DNA of 64,000 bases from Macrostomum lignano (lineage: Eukaryota). Position 1 is the first letter of the stretch, and each line of letters opens with the position of its first letter. The translations under genes and the position numbers were made by a program. Where the stretch lies: contig NIVC01000095.1 in the NCBI GenBank assembly GCA_002269645.1, forward strand, positions 124,001 to 188,000, in the 5' to 3' direction. Of the stretch, positions 36,019-49,600 are shown piece by piece. The notes beneath the pieces were generated by a model. The model did not search any database. It saw nothing but the letters and a program-made list of their open reading frames with translations, and was not told the origin of the DNA.

Positions 36019-36963
36019 TTGCAGAATTTTATTGCCGGACATGGCATATTTGACTATTTGCAGCTGCTCTGGCTTGTTTACTGCCTTTCCATAAATCAAC
36101 AGCAATGGTGAAAGTGAATCTAATCCTTCTCTCTCTCTCTCTCTCTCCCATAATGTTAATGTTTGATTTGCTGTTAATATGGATTTTTAAAATCCCCCGT
36201 GTCTTAAATAAAAAACGAATAATTTTTTAAGTTGTGATTTCCATCAAAATGCAATTAATTAATGTTTTAAAAACATTTAAACTCAATAAATTATTTATTC
36301 TCTTATCAAATAGAATCCAACTCTAGAATCTTTTTCAAGGAAGGAATACTAACTATCCTTAATATTCAATATGCATGATAATAAAGCAGTGCATTACTTT
36401 TTCAATTTAGAGAATCTAACAAGGAAATAAATATAATTTAGTACAGTACCATTGTAAGCAAAAAACCATAAGTTTACAGGTACAATTTTTTGTAAAGATA
36501 GATACAGCAGAAAATTAAAATTTGACAAAAGAATACCACAAACACTAAAAATGGGGAGAAAAAGTATTACAAACATTGGCATTAATAAAAAAGTAATAAA
36601 TATTGCAGCTGAGCAAATGAAATTAGCAATTAAACAATGCAATGAGTTAAATGATAAATAACAAAGAAATGCTAAATAACATCTAGCAATGTATATTAAA
36701 GCAATTGAAGTGCACTCTGAGTTGAAAGGCTTACAACTCATAAAGTACAGTTTAAATGCAATGTAACTTTTTATTTATTTGTAACTTTATAACAATAGAA
36801 ATCATTACCATAAGCAATTGTATGAAAAGTTGCTATTAATAGTCTTATGTACTTTATCTCTACTCTAAGAGCTAACTTTCTATAAATATATATGATTCCT
36901 TGTATAAAATTAGGGATTCTTTAAAAAATTCATGCTGCAATATGCATATATCACACTCTTGAC

Positions 36964-37893
36964 TAGGGATTCCAAAATCCCGACATTTTACAATCCCGGG
37001 ATTGAATAGTCCCGAAATCCCGATGCTGTTGAAATCCCGGGATTCAAAATCCCGGAATCCCGGTGCTTTTGCAATCCCGGGATTAAAAATCCCGGGATTC
37101 GATTCCAAAAAAAATCCCGGGATTCAAATCCCGGATTTTTGGCCCCAATCCCGGGATCCCGGGATCCCGGGATTGGAATCCTAAGACGGACTGTGCGGCG
37201 TGCCGCGTGCAGTAGTCATGGTCTCGCGACTCTCAGAGTCTCAGGGCCTTTTCATGTTACCAATTCCAGAACCAGAATCGGTTCGGAATTCCAAGAAAAA
37301 CAGCAGTATAACTATTAAACTCTGTTAATATTTGACTGCCTTAACAGCCTCACTTTGCACGATTTTTCACTTTCTTTTTGGCGACTGTCATTCAATAATA
37401 AAAACTTTATAGCACGTATCTCCCTATAGTTATGGAGACAAAAAGTTATACTTCACAAATTGGTTCTGCTTCTGGAACCAGAACAAGCACTATGAAAAGG
37501 CCCTCAGTCTCGTCTCGTGGTGGAAAACGAAAAAAGTTAAAATTATCTATCATTTACAGTTCACATTAACAATTTTTAGATCAATTAGGACAGGAGCTTT
37601 GCAAATGTTTAGCGTTTCATTGAGAAACAGCAAAAACAAATAAATGTTTTATTATTCAAATAAACGTTTAGACTTTAAATTATCTAATTTAGGCATTGAA
37701 AGGTTGTTCTAATCCCGGACCAATCCCGGGATTAAGGCCTTGAAATCCCGGGATCCCGATCCCGGACTTTTGCAATCCCGGGATTAAAAATCCCAGGATT
37801 CGATTCCCAAAAAAATCCCGGGATTCAAATCCCGGATTTTTGGCCCCAATCCCGGGATCCCGGGATCCCGGGATCCCGGGATTGGAATCCCTA
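36964..37893. mobile_element. 930-bp composite hAT element
   Basis: TIR TAGGGATTCCA / TGGAATCCCTA. Exact 8-bp TSD CTCTTGAC at 36956-36963 and 37894-37901. Dense ATCCCGGGAT sub-terminal repeats. Confidence 0.9.
37244..37503. mobile_element. 260-bp PIF/Harbinger (Tourist-like) MITE nested in the hAT element
   Basis: TIR GGGCCTTTTCAT / ATGAAAAGGCCC; 3-bp TSD TCA at 37241-37243 and 37504-37506. Confidence 0.8.
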
Positions 37894-40612
37894 CTCTTGA
37901 CCCAAGAAAATTATTGAAAGTGGTCAACCAATTAGCACAAAAAAATTATAGACGGCTGTAATGGTGCAAGTGGTGTTTCGGCACACCACTTAAATTAAAG
38001 TTGAAATTTTTGGAGCAGTTACACTAAAGAAAATTATTATTTTATAAAATTAAGAGAGGCTAATAAAATTAGTAGGGCTTGAATTGAATAATATGCTGTG
38101 AAGACTCAAACTTGTAAGCCAAGAAGGCTAGAATTAGGGTTAGCAATTAGGCAATTAGGCGAACTATAGACATTAAGGAATGTGTAGGTATTAAATAAAT
38201 AAATCATGCAGGTGCTAATAGTAGCTTAAAACCTATCACTTGGTCCCTTAGAATGCCATAATTTTGGACATTAGAATTAAAATATAGTGTTTTACTGATT
38301 GGGAACTTGTTCTTATTGGAAAACTTCTCATAAATATAGAAATATTAATATAAACAATACGAATAAATTTGCCTATTAAAACTTTGTGGCATTTGTAGGA
38401 TTTTAGAAGAAGGAAGTATACCCTGCAACATACGTGCAGAATATTTATGTGCTAAAGGATTTAGGTCTGAAATAAATGACAATAAATGTTATGTGAAGAT
38501 GGTTTATATGTTGTTTTTTCAAAGCGTCACATATAAACTTTCAGTAAAAAGACTTCTTGGTCTGTGAGGTAGATTTTTTACTTATATGCTTGCATTTTTT
38601 AACTCATAATTTAAATGATTAGCACAATTTCTTAAATATCATGACTTGGCAAATTATTCATAATAATGTTTTCTTAAAAGGATTGTATATAAAGAAGAGA
38701 CTGTAATTTGAACTTTCACTGAGTAGCTATTCCTTTTTTTGTTGGTTGAAATCATACAAAAAGTAATTGAACTAATAAAAGAAGAAGCTTGGAAATTATT
38801 AATTTAATCATCATCTTACAAAGTAAAAAAAAACTTTTTGGGTGCAATTTTTTCATCAAATAATCTGCCAATGTATTAACTTTTTTAATATAGAAATACT
38901 TGCAATTTGGAATATCCAAAGTTCGTTCTTCATGAAGTAATCCTAACAAAATAAGTTGTGGTTTTTTGATAAGAGCAGAATGCTTCATCATTTTATGGAA
39001 AATTGAGTTCTGACTATTAGTTTGATCATTTCATATATCAGGCATATTTAGCATTAAATCGGTACGCCTGTAGTACAGAACCTTCGGGGTAGTAAAATCA
39101 CAGTGTAATAGCATTGCAAGCTGCAGTTTTTGCATGTGCGATTATTTTAAAAAATCGAATGCCAAATTAAACATGTACAAAAAACGATAATACAAAGAAT
39201 ATTTAACAAATCATCTATCACGAAAGCAAGGATGTCATTTCTATTATTATCAATTTTTTAAATTATTTAAAAGTATCTCCGCAAGTTTATTCTGCATTTT
39301 CATATCTAATTTTGTTATAAAAAGGGGTGTCCAATGTGTCCAATGTGCCAGTGCCAGCTTTTATACACACCCCCTCCGAAACCTCTCGATGCAGAATCAC
39401 CCAATAAATACTAAATTAAATTCAAGTTTTATACTTACCGGAATTAACAAAATATAAGCAATAAAAGTTACCACAAAGATTAAGTAAAAATTAGACTGGT
39501 TTTTGATACAAGCGTAAAGCGTTTTTTAGGAGCAAAATAAGCAATTTGACACGACGGGACATTTACTTTACATGGCATAATTCAAACCCAGATGTCATGA
39601 ATACGAGCTGCCAATTCAATTACCACTGTATAGTTTTATACTGCTATTATACAGTGGTCCTTGGGCAAATTTGTGATAAATTATTTGATAAACAATATAT
39701 CTGACAAAGAAAGTTGAGTATTTCTTCTGCCAGGAACAGATAAAGCGCTCAGAAGCATTATATCTTAATCAGGATTTAGTAGGATTAATAAATATGTATT
39801 TACATTGTGCAGCGCACTGTGCACGCACGAGCTATTTCGACTGAAATTCCTAAATACATGTCAAAAATACCATATGCAGACAGAAGCCTTGCAATAATCG
39901 CTGGAGCCCAATGCTAGTAAATCCGAATCCGAGTTTGAATTGTTATTTCAAAATCAATCTTGAAAACAGACCTGCAATAAGGCACGTAGTATATTAATAG
40001 TGGAATAAGTGTAATAATAACTGGTTCTCATTCTGCTGATTTTCTATATCGTACCGTGTCGCTACGTAGGTGCTTTTAATATTTGTCTGTTCTGTTAGCT
40101 GCTGCATGGACATGCATGCACATGCACAAAACCGTACGCTTTAGTGCACGAAACAAAACGAAGATAGCAATCAATCAGTTTTAGGATAGAAAAATGAAAT
40201 ATATTATAAATAATTAGACAGAAATTATTCGTTTATTATCATAACTAGTAAAACGTCAAGTAGAAATTTTGTAATAAATAATTGCAAAAAGATTTTTTAC
40301 TACAGTGAAACAATTAAAGATTTTGCATGCAAAACAGGGGAAGATGGAAAAAAGTAAGCATATTGCAAGAAATTTATAATTAGTTCTGAAGAATGGCGCT
40401 CGATATAGCTTAAGAATGAAATAACAAAACGTGATACACACAACTGGAAGCAGTTCTTCTCAAAAATATAGTTGACATAGAAATTCCTAATCTTTTTAAA
40501 TGATTTACAGAACGATAAATATTCAAATTTTGGACAAAATAGCATAAATTAAGTTCTTTTTGGAATATTTGTGACTTAAAATTCGAGAAATAAATTCGTT
40601 TTTAAATCATCT

Positions 40613-43583
40613 TCAAGCGTCGGCTTTTCCACCACGTTTAGCGAACCACTCGGCGCTTTTGTCGCCGGCCATAGCCTCGTCGAGCAGGCTATCAGCCTTG
40701 GGATCGACCTGCGACAGCTGGCGAAATGCCTCGTCGCCGACAAAACAAATCTCGTGTCCGTCAGGATCGGCTAGGATGACCACCTGCGATAATTTATTTT
40801 AAAAATGCAGTATGCCGAATTGACCTACTTATAGTAGAACGACAAGAAAAAAGTAACATATTTTACAGAAAATCTACAGAAATGATGCAATTGTATCAAA
40901 GTATCAAATTTAAGGTCAGGTTTTATTCTCTAAAATTTACCTGCACAGTAGCTTTGCCAGGCGTGTCCAGACTGAGCAGCGGAGTGAGCACCTTCTGTCC
41001 GGCTCGCTCGCTGGCTGCTTGAATGCCTGGCAGGGCGTCAGCCGGACAAGAGAAGGCCACTCGGCCGTAGGCTTTGGCTCGCTCCACTGTAGGGTTGGCG
41101 CCCGGCAATTGGAAGAATTCTAACCGGCACTGCCCGGCACCAGGCTGCAGAGTTGCCTTGGCTGCGTCTCTGGCGTTTGAGCGAATTAATTGGTTAATTA
41201 GGTGGTGGCTCTTCTAGAGTGTGTACACTAGCTGATGGACAGCCAGTGTACATTGCTAAGGCAGTTAGAAACTGGTAGTGTACTGACGGGAGCTTAGTGT
41301 ACATTGGTGAGGGATGTTGGGGTGGCTGTCGGGGGCTAGTGTACATTAGTGAGGGATATTGGGGTGGCGTCGGGAGCTAGTGTACATTGGTGAGGGATAT
41401 TGGGGTGGCTGTCGGGAGCTAGTGTACATTAGTGAGGGATATTGGGGTGGCGTCGGGAGCTAGTGTACATTGGTGAGGGATATTGGGGTGGCTGTCGGGA
41501 GCTAGTGTACATTGGTGAGGGATATTGGGGTGACTGTCGGGAGCTAATGTACATTGGTGAGGGATACTGGGGTGGCTGTCGGGAGCTAGTGTACATTGGT
41601 GAGGGATATTGGGGTGGCTTTCGGGAGCTAGTGTACATTAGTGAGGGATATTGGGTGGCTGACGGGAGCTAGTATACATTGGTGAGGGATATTGGGGTGG
41701 CTGTCGGGAGCTAGTGTACATTGGTGAGGGATACTGGGGTGGCTGTCGGGAGCTAGTGTACATTGGTGAGGGATATTGGGGTGGCTGTCGGGAGCTAGTG
41801 TACATTGGTGAGGGACATTGGGGTAGCTGTCGGGAGCTAGTGTACATTGGTGAGGGATATTGGGGTGGCTGTCGGGAGCTAATGTACATTGGTGAGGGAT
41901 ATTGGGGTGGCTGTCGGGAGCTAGTGTACATTGGTGAGGGATATTGGGGTGGCTGTCGGGAGCTAGTGTACATTGGTGAGGGACATTGGGGTAGCTGTCG
42001 GGAGCTAGTTAGTCTACTACAGTCATATCTAGTTGCGTCACCTCTCCAGCAGGCAGAAGCCGAGAAGATCTCGCCAGTAGGTCACCGTGGCATCCAAGTT
42101 CGAGCTGGCAAGTCGCACAGCCGCAACGCGCGACTGTCCGGCCTTCGAGGAGTCCCCAATCGAATACTGGCTAGCCATGGTCAGCTCGAATCGGTGACCG
42201 TCGGGCGATTGAACAACAACGACATCAGAGGCGCCTTCGGGAATCACGGTTGGCCAGCCGGATTGGAGGGCTCGGTCCAGGTCGGCGCGGGTGGCGCTGT
42301 GGGGTGCAAGGCGATTTTTATAGTAAATTATGGGGCTTTGGGACGATTGTTGAGGTGGTTTGGAGAGGGCGATTGGTGAGGTGGATTGGAGAGGGCGATT
42401 CTTGAGGTGGGTTGGAGAGGGCGATTGTTGAGGTGGTTTGGAGAGGGCGATTGTTGAGGTGAGTTGGAGAGGGCGATTGTTGAGGTGGGTTGGAGAGGGC
42501 GATTGTTGAGGTGGTTTGGAGAGGGCGATTGGTGAGGTGGATTGGAGAGGGCGATTGTTGAGGTGGATTGGAGGGCGATTGTTGAGGTGGTTTGGAGAGG
42601 GCGATTGTTGAGGTGGATTGGAGGGCGATTGTTGAGGTGGTTTGGAGAGGGCGATTGTTGAGGTGGGTTGGAGGGCGATTGTTGAGGTAGGTTGGAGAGG
42701 GCGATTGTTGAGGTGGGTTGGAGAGGGCGATTGTTGAGGTGGGTTGGAGGGCGATTGTTGAGGTGGTTTTGAGGGCGATTGTTGAGGTGGGTTGGAGGGC
42801 AATTGTTGAGGTGGGTTGGAGGGCGATTGTTGAGGTGGATTGGAGGGCGATTGTTGAGGTGGTTTTGAGGGCGATTGTTGAGGTGGGTTGGAGGGCGATT
42901 GTTGAGGTGGATTGGAGGGCGATTGTTGAGGTGGTTTTGAGGGCGATTGTTGAGGTGGGTTGGAGGGCGATTGTTGAGGTGGGTTGGAGAGGGCGATTGT
43001 TGAGGTGGGTTGGAGAGGGCGATTGTTGAGGTGGGTTGGAGAGGGCGATTGTTGAGGTGGATTGGAGGGCGATTGTTGAGGTGGGTTGGAGAGGGCGATT
43101 GTTGAGGTGGGTTGGAGAGGGCGATTGTTGAGGTGGATTGGAGGGCGATTGTTGAGGTGGGTTGGAGAGGGCGATTTAAGTCGGTCGAACGCGATTCGAA
43201 AGAAATTTTCTCAAAGAAGAATTTAAATGCAAACCAACGCCTCTAGAAGCAATCTCTAAGACTGCCTAAAGAATTTGGCATGGCAACTAATAACAACAAA
43301 ACAATCAATCTCACCTAACAACAATGCCGGCAAAGTCGTTACCAGCCGCGTATCGTCCAATGCCATAATTATAGGTGAGCTCCAACACGAAGTGCTCATC
43401 CTCTGGCCCGTAGCCAACCATAGACTTGCTCCACCGACCCTGATAGGGACCGTTGCATGCCGCGGCGCAGCCCTCGGTGAACTCTTCGTGCCTGAGGAAC
43501 CGCATGCCCAGCACTTTGCGGTAGAACTCCGCCGTGCGAAACCGATCGCCAACTTTGAATACGAAATGCAGCGCTCGGATCAT
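40613..43583 (-). CDS. GLOD4: Glyoxalase domain-containing protein 4 (307 aa); exons 43583-43315, 42296-42042, 41169-40941, 40783-40613
   Basis: [96 protein letters not shown]. All introns are GT-AG and in phase; exons total 924 nt. Confidence 0.95.
41290..42010. repeat. 42-bp minisatellite in GLOD4 intron 2
   Basis: Unit GGGAGCTAGTGTACATTGGTGAGGGATATTGGGGTGGCTGTC. Confidence 0.95.
42345..43175. repeat. 22-24-bp G-rich minisatellite in GLOD4 intron 1
   Basis: Unit GAGGGCGATTGTTGAGGTGGGTTG(GA). Confidence 0.95.
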
Positions 43584-43714
43584 GTGGCCGGCGTGGGTCA
43601 AAGCAACGCTGAAAAGACAAAAGAAATTTTAAGCATTGAAATTTCAGCTGCAATTACCTATTCGACTCGATCTCTTATCTTGTCACTTGAGTCTACAATG
43701 TGTCGCACTGATGA

Positions 43715-44800
43715 CTATCTATGACTCAATCTACCGAAGGTGTCATGAGCCTCCCTTCATGACTCAATCTACCAGAGGTTTCATATATCAATGACCTCCC
43801 TCTATGACTCAATCTACTGAATGTCATACCAATGACCCTCGCTCTATGACTCAATCTACTGAATGTAATACCAATGACCCTCGCTCTATGACTCAATCTA
43901 CTGAATGTCATACCAATGACCCTCGCTCTATGACGCAATCTACCGTAGGTGTCATAACAATGAACCTATATGACTCAGTCCTCAAAAGATGTCATACCAA
44001 TGACCTTCTATGACTAAATATTCTGAAGGTGCCATACAAATTGCCCTCTATGACACCCTCTATCTAACCAGAGTGTTATACTAATGACCCTCTATGACTA
44101 AATCTAACTAAAGGTGTCATACTAATGACCCTCTATGACTCAATCTAACTAAAGGTGTCATACTAATGACCCTCTATGACTAAATCTAACCAATATGTCA
44201 TACTAATGACCCTCTATGACTCAATCTAACTAAAGGTGTCATACTAATGACCCTCTATGACTAAATCTAACCAATATGTCATACTATTGACCCTCTATGA
44301 CTAAATCTAACCAATATGTCATACTAATGACCCTCTATGACTAAATCTAACCAAATATGTCATACTAATGACCCTCTATGACTAAATCTAACCAAATATG
44401 TCATACTAATGACCCTCTATGACTAAATCAAATTAAATATGTCATACTAATGACCCTCTATGACTAAATTTAACCAAATATGTCATACTAATGACCCTCT
44501 ATGACTAAATCTAACCAAATATGTCATACTAATGACCCTCTATGACTAAATTTAACCAAATATGTCATACTATTGACCCTCTATGACTAAATCTAACCAA
44601 ATATGTCATACTAATGACCCTCTATGACTAAATCTAACCAAATATGTCATACTAATGACCCTCTATGACTAAATCTAACCAAATATGTCATACTAATGAC
44701 CCTCTATGACTCAATCTAACTGTAGGTGTCATATCAATAATCCTTTATGACTCAATCTAGCCAAGGTACCATATCAGTGACTCTCTATGACTCAATCTAA
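43715..44800. repeat. 41-42-bp minisatellite upstream of GLOD4
   Basis: Unit CTATGACTAAATCTAACCAAATATGTCATACTAATGACCCT. Confidence 0.93.
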
Positions 44801-45489
44801 CGTCTCACGGATTATGATAATTAAAATTAGCAAACAAATAACACAGAAGCAAATATTTTTTAAATTTCACTGCCGCAAAACGGCGCATTAAAGAAGATAA
44901 GAGCAAGTATTTCTTGTTTTATTTAGCAGATTAATCTTTTTCTTGCTATTTCTATTGAAATTGAAATTCTTTGCAGAAGGTTCTGACTCTGATTTTACAA
45001 GTTACACAGACTATTGTAGGATTAAGAAATATAATAGTTTAATATATTATAGGCAAGCTTAAATAATAGAAAAAGCAACTCGCATGACACAGAGGCACAG
45101 GTGCACGCATCGGTGTTTTGTGCACGAATTAATGGCTAACCTGTTACTTTTCAACGTAGAAACAAATAACCTTCCAGACTACATCTATATGAAATTAGTT
45201 TAATGCAGAGATAAGTTGGGGGCTCAGCAAGAGATTCCATAAGATGGAACAGAAAAAAACAACAACAAAAAGGCAAGAAGGCCGAATTTTAGGGAGCAAC
45301 GAAAAACCCAGAAATTAAAGCAAAGGGATCAAATTCAAAGCACAGAAGCCATGGCAACGATAAAATGAGAGCCACCAATTAAGCTAAAAATAGAAATGCA
45401 AAATAATACCTAAAACCGTTCAGATAACAGACAGGAAAGGTACGGTAAAAGCAGCACACAAATACGATATTAATAAAGTTCTAACTTTT

Positions 45490-45880
45490 TAGGGTGGTCA
45501 TTGCGACCCCTTTGCTTTTTGACTCTCAGGGTGGTCATTGCGACCCCTTTGCTTTTTGACTCTCAGGGTGGTCATTGTGACCCCTTTGATTATTGACTCT
45601 CAGGGTGGCCATTGTGACCCCTTTGATTCTTGACTCTCAGGGTGGTCATTGGACCCCTTTGATTTTTGACTCTCAGGGTGGTCATTGTGACCCCTTTGAT
45701 TCTGGACTCTCAGGGTGGTCATTGTGACCCCTTTGATTCTGGACTCTCAGGGTGGTCATTGTGACCCCTTTGATTCTGGACTCTCAGGGTGGTCATTGTG
45801 ACCCCTTTGATTCTGGACTCTCAGGGTGGTCATTGTGACCCCTTTGATTCTGGACTCTCAGGGTTATCAGCGACCCCCTT
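45490..45880. repeat. 37-bp minisatellite, about 10 copies with a degenerate tail to ~46100
   Basis: Unit CTCAGGGTGGTCATTGTGACCCCTTTGATTCTGGACT. Confidence 0.93.
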
Positions 45881-46660
45881 CAATAATACATCTTGAGGGT
45901 AGCTATTGACCCATTAGATCCTACAACTTCAGAGGGGTCATTGCCCACCTTTTATATAATACATCCTGAGGATGGCTATTAACCTACTTTGATTCTACAA
46001 CTTGAGAAGGGTCATAGACCTCTATAACAATATTTAGGGTGGTCTCTTAGCTTCATATACAAGCGGTGGTTACACTGACCCACTCTACATTGTGACCCCC
46101 CTTAAAACCCTATTAGTCATTTCGCATATCAATCGCACAGAAGTGTTAAGTTATGATACAAATTTGAAAAAAAATCAAACAAAAAGGACAAATTTTGGCA
46201 CATTTTTAAATAGCTACTACCAGTATATATTATATTTGTGCATACAACATAACAAATAGCTAATCTTTAAATCGTACACATTTTAACTGAAAACGAATGC
46301 AAATCCTTGGGAGGTTTAATAATGCGCTTCAACAAAAACAAGCGGACTAAAAAACAAAAAAGAAACATTCATTGCCTCAATTCTGGTCCTGCAACCTTAT
46401 GGGAAGACTTTAGAAAAATCTTAGTATAACAATACAGAAAAAAAGGCAGAGACGGTCCTCAACCCACTACTAAACTAATAGTAATGCAAATTAAAAACAC
46501 AAATATTTTGATCGCGAACAAACAATTACAGACAACAAAAACACCAGTAGTTGTTTAATAGACGGCTAAAAGAATCAAAAGGTTCAAAATTTCGACTGAA
46601 TGAAGACTACTTCAAGTAGGCTAAGAGAATGTTTCTATTATAACATTTCAGAATTTCTTA

Positions 46661-49600
46661 TTAGAACTCATCGTGGACAAACTGAAACGGCATTCCGTCG
46701 CCCATGGTGAAGAACTGGCCGCTGCCGTCGTTAATGACAACCCGCTGCCAACCGCCTCCGCCGCCGCCCTCGTCATCGTCGAACTGGTTGCTATGGTAAC
46801 CGTAGAATACTCGAGCTTTATCGCGTTTCTTAGAGTAATGTGTTTTGACGCTTGATTCTAGATTGTAGACTGACTGGCCCGAGAGGTGCTGAAGGAGCTG
46901 CAAGGATAATGAAATACAAACATCTTGCACATGGGAAACTAAGGACTTGGAGGGCTGGCCCAGCAACTGACACTCTGGGAGGCTGGCCCAGCAACTGACA
47001 CTCTGGGAGGCTGGCCCAGCAACTGACACTCTGGGAGGCTGGCCCAGCAACTGAAACTCTGGGAGGCTGGCACAGCAACTGACACTCTGGGAGGCTGGCC
47101 CAGCAACTGACACTCTGGGAGGCTGGCCCAGCAACTGACACTCTGGGAGGCTGGCCCAGCAACTGACACTCTGGAAGGCTGGCCCAGCAACTGACACTGG
47201 GAGGCTGGCCCAGCAACTGAAACTCTGGAAGGCTCGCCCAGCAACTGACACTGGGAGGCTGGCCCAGCAACTGAGGATCTGAGAGGCTGCCCCAGCAACT
47301 GAGGATCTGAGAGGCTGGCCCAGCAACTGAGGATCTGAGAGGCTGACCCAGCAACTGACACTCTGGGAGGCTGGCCCAGCAACTGACACTCTGGGAGGCT
47401 GGCCCAGCAACTGACACTCTGGGAGGCTAGCCCAGCAACTGACACTCTGGGAGGCTGGCCCAGCAACTGACACTCTGGGAGGCTGGCCCAACAACTGACA
47501 CTCTGGAAGGCTGGCCCAGCAACTGACACTGGGAGGCTGGCCCAGCAACTGAAACTCTGGGAGGCTGGCCCAGCAACTGACACTCTGGGAGGCTGGCCCA
47601 GCAACTGAAACTCTGGGAGGCTGGCCCAGCAACTGACACTCTAGGAGGCTGGCCCAGCAACTGAGGATCTGAGAGGCTGGCCCAAAAACTGAGGATCTGA
47701 TAGGTTAGCCCAGCAACTGAGGATCTGAGAGGCTGGCCCAAAAACTGAGGATCTGATAGGTTAGCCCAGCAACTGAGGATCTTAGAGGCTGGCCCAGCTA
47801 CGGACAATGGCGGCTTAACCTGAGGCAATAATTGAATTATAGTTCATAAACTGGGGATCTGGGATCAGCATTAAACCTGTCCGCCTCGTGACTAACGGGC
47901 CGGTCCATTGTTCCGGACTGCTGGCCCATGATAAGCGCAGAGGCGCCGCTGTCTCTCTTGCAACCCAAACTGCCAACTCCGATGCGACACTGTGAGAACT
48001 GCTGTCAATATCAGAGCTCAACTGGGTGCGAATTTGCCTCTGATGGCTGCATATTGAGCAGCTGGAGGCGCAACTACTGATAATGTAAGCTGAGTGGCTG
48101 TTGCACCTGGGTCTGGGAGGGCGGTGGCTGAGCCTGGGGTCTGGGAGGGCGGTGGCTGAGCCTGGGGTCTGGGAGGGCGGTGGCTGAGCCTGGGGTCTGG
48201 GAGGGTGGTGGCTGAGTCTGGGGTCTGGGAGGGCGGTGGCTGAGCCTGGGGTCTGGGAGGGCGGTGGCTGAGCTTGGGGTCTGGGTGGTAGTGGCTGAGC
48301 CTGGGGTCTGGGAGGGTGGCAGTGGCTGAGCCTGGGGTCTGGCAGGGCGGTGGCTGAGCCTGGGGTCTGGGAGGGCGGTGGCTGAGCCTGGGGTCTGGGA
48401 GGGCGGTGGCTGAGTCTGGGGTCTGGGAGGGCGGTGGCTGAGCCTGGGGTCTGGGAGGGCGGTGGCTGAGCCTGGGGTCTGGGAGGGTGGTGGCTGAGCC
48501 TGGGGTCTGGGAGGGCGGTGGCTGAGCCTGGGGACTGGGAGGGCGGTGGCTGAGCCTGGGGACTGGGAGGGCGGTGGCTGAGCCTGGGGTCTGGGAGGGC
48601 GGTGGCTGAGCCTGGGGTCTGGGAGGGCGGTGGCTGAGCCTGGGGTCTGGCAGGGCGGTGGCTGAGCCTGGGGTCTGGGAGGGCGGTGGCTGAGCCTGGG
48701 GTCTGGAGGGCGGTGGCTGAGCCTGGGGTCTGGGAGGGCGGTGGCTGAGTCCGGGGTCTGGGAGGGCGGTGGCTGAGTCCGGGGTCTGGGAGGGTGGTGG
48801 CTGAGTCTGGGAAGATGGTGGCTTTTTACCTTTCCATTAGTGAACAGAGCCACAGAGGGCATAGCCTGAATGCCCTTGGACACGCACAGATCCTGATAGG
48901 GGTCGCAGTCGACTTTGCCGAAATTGGCGTAGCGGCCGAGCTTCTGCAAGGAAAGAAGCGATTTGGTTAGTTTAGGAGTGATTCTTGGGTCAGTTTAGGA
49001 GTGATTCCTATGCCAGTTTAGGATTCTTAGGTCAGCTTAGGAGCGGCGATTCTTAGGTTAGTTAAGGAGCGATTCTTAGGCCAGTTTAAGAGCGATTCTT
49101 AGGTTATTTTAGGAGTGATTCTTAGGTTAGTTTAATAGGAGCGATTCTTACTCGTAGATCACTTTAGGAGCATTCTTAGGTCAGTTTAAGAGCGATTCTT
49201 AGGTCAGTTTAGGAGTGATTTTTAGGTTAGTTTATTAGGAGCGATTCTTAGATCACTTTAGGAGTATTCTTAGGTCAGTTTAAGAGCGATTCTTAGATCA
49301 CTTTGGGAGCGATTCTTAGATTACTTTGGGAGCGATTCTTGGATCACTTTGGGAGCGATTCTTAGATTACTTTGGGAGCGATTCTTGGATCACTTTGGGA
49401 GCGATTCTTAGATCACTTTGGGAGCGATTCTTGGATCACTTTGGGAGCGATTCTTAGATCACTTTGGGAGCGATTCTTAGATCACTTTGGGAGCGATTCT
49501 TAGATCACTTTGGGAGCGATTCTTAGATCACTTTGGGAGCGATTCTTAGATCACTTTGGGAGCGATTCTTGGATCACTTTGGGAGCGATTCTTAGATCAC

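Larger units (their letters stand above)
32334..39372. mobile_element. Mutator-like element 2, inserted into the right TIR of element 1
   Basis: Termini GGGTCTGTATAAAAGC / GCTTTTATACACACCC with about 60 bp of inverted similarity. 10-bp TSD CCTCCGAAAC at 32324-32333 and 39373-39382. Confidence 0.88.
29257..39402. mobile_element. Mutator-like element 1 (about 3.1 kb plus nested insertions)
   Basis: About 210-bp TIRs (29257-29470 versus 32139-32333 plus 39383-39402) starting GGGTGATTCT. Exact 9-bp TSD AATAAATAC at 29248-29256 and 39403-39411. Confidence 0.88.

Noticed and set aside
25363-36019. LTR retrotransposon with 3.3-kb LTRs, or assembly duplication
   Set aside because: No TG..CA ends, PBS, PPT or gag-pol between the copies. 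The copies have independent flanks, and copy 2 lies inside a TSD-bounded MULE.
38380-38991. Transposase remnant in MULE-2
   Set aside because: Only short AT-rich frames with no recognisable DDE or zinc-finger motif; needs BLASTX.
47815-48039. Extra DNAJC10 exon ([18 protein letters not shown]...)
   Set aside because: No good in-phase donor. Direct splicing of exon 9 to the last exon gives a proper thioredoxin end (FTNGK|LLQHLSGQ). A minor alternative exon is not excluded.
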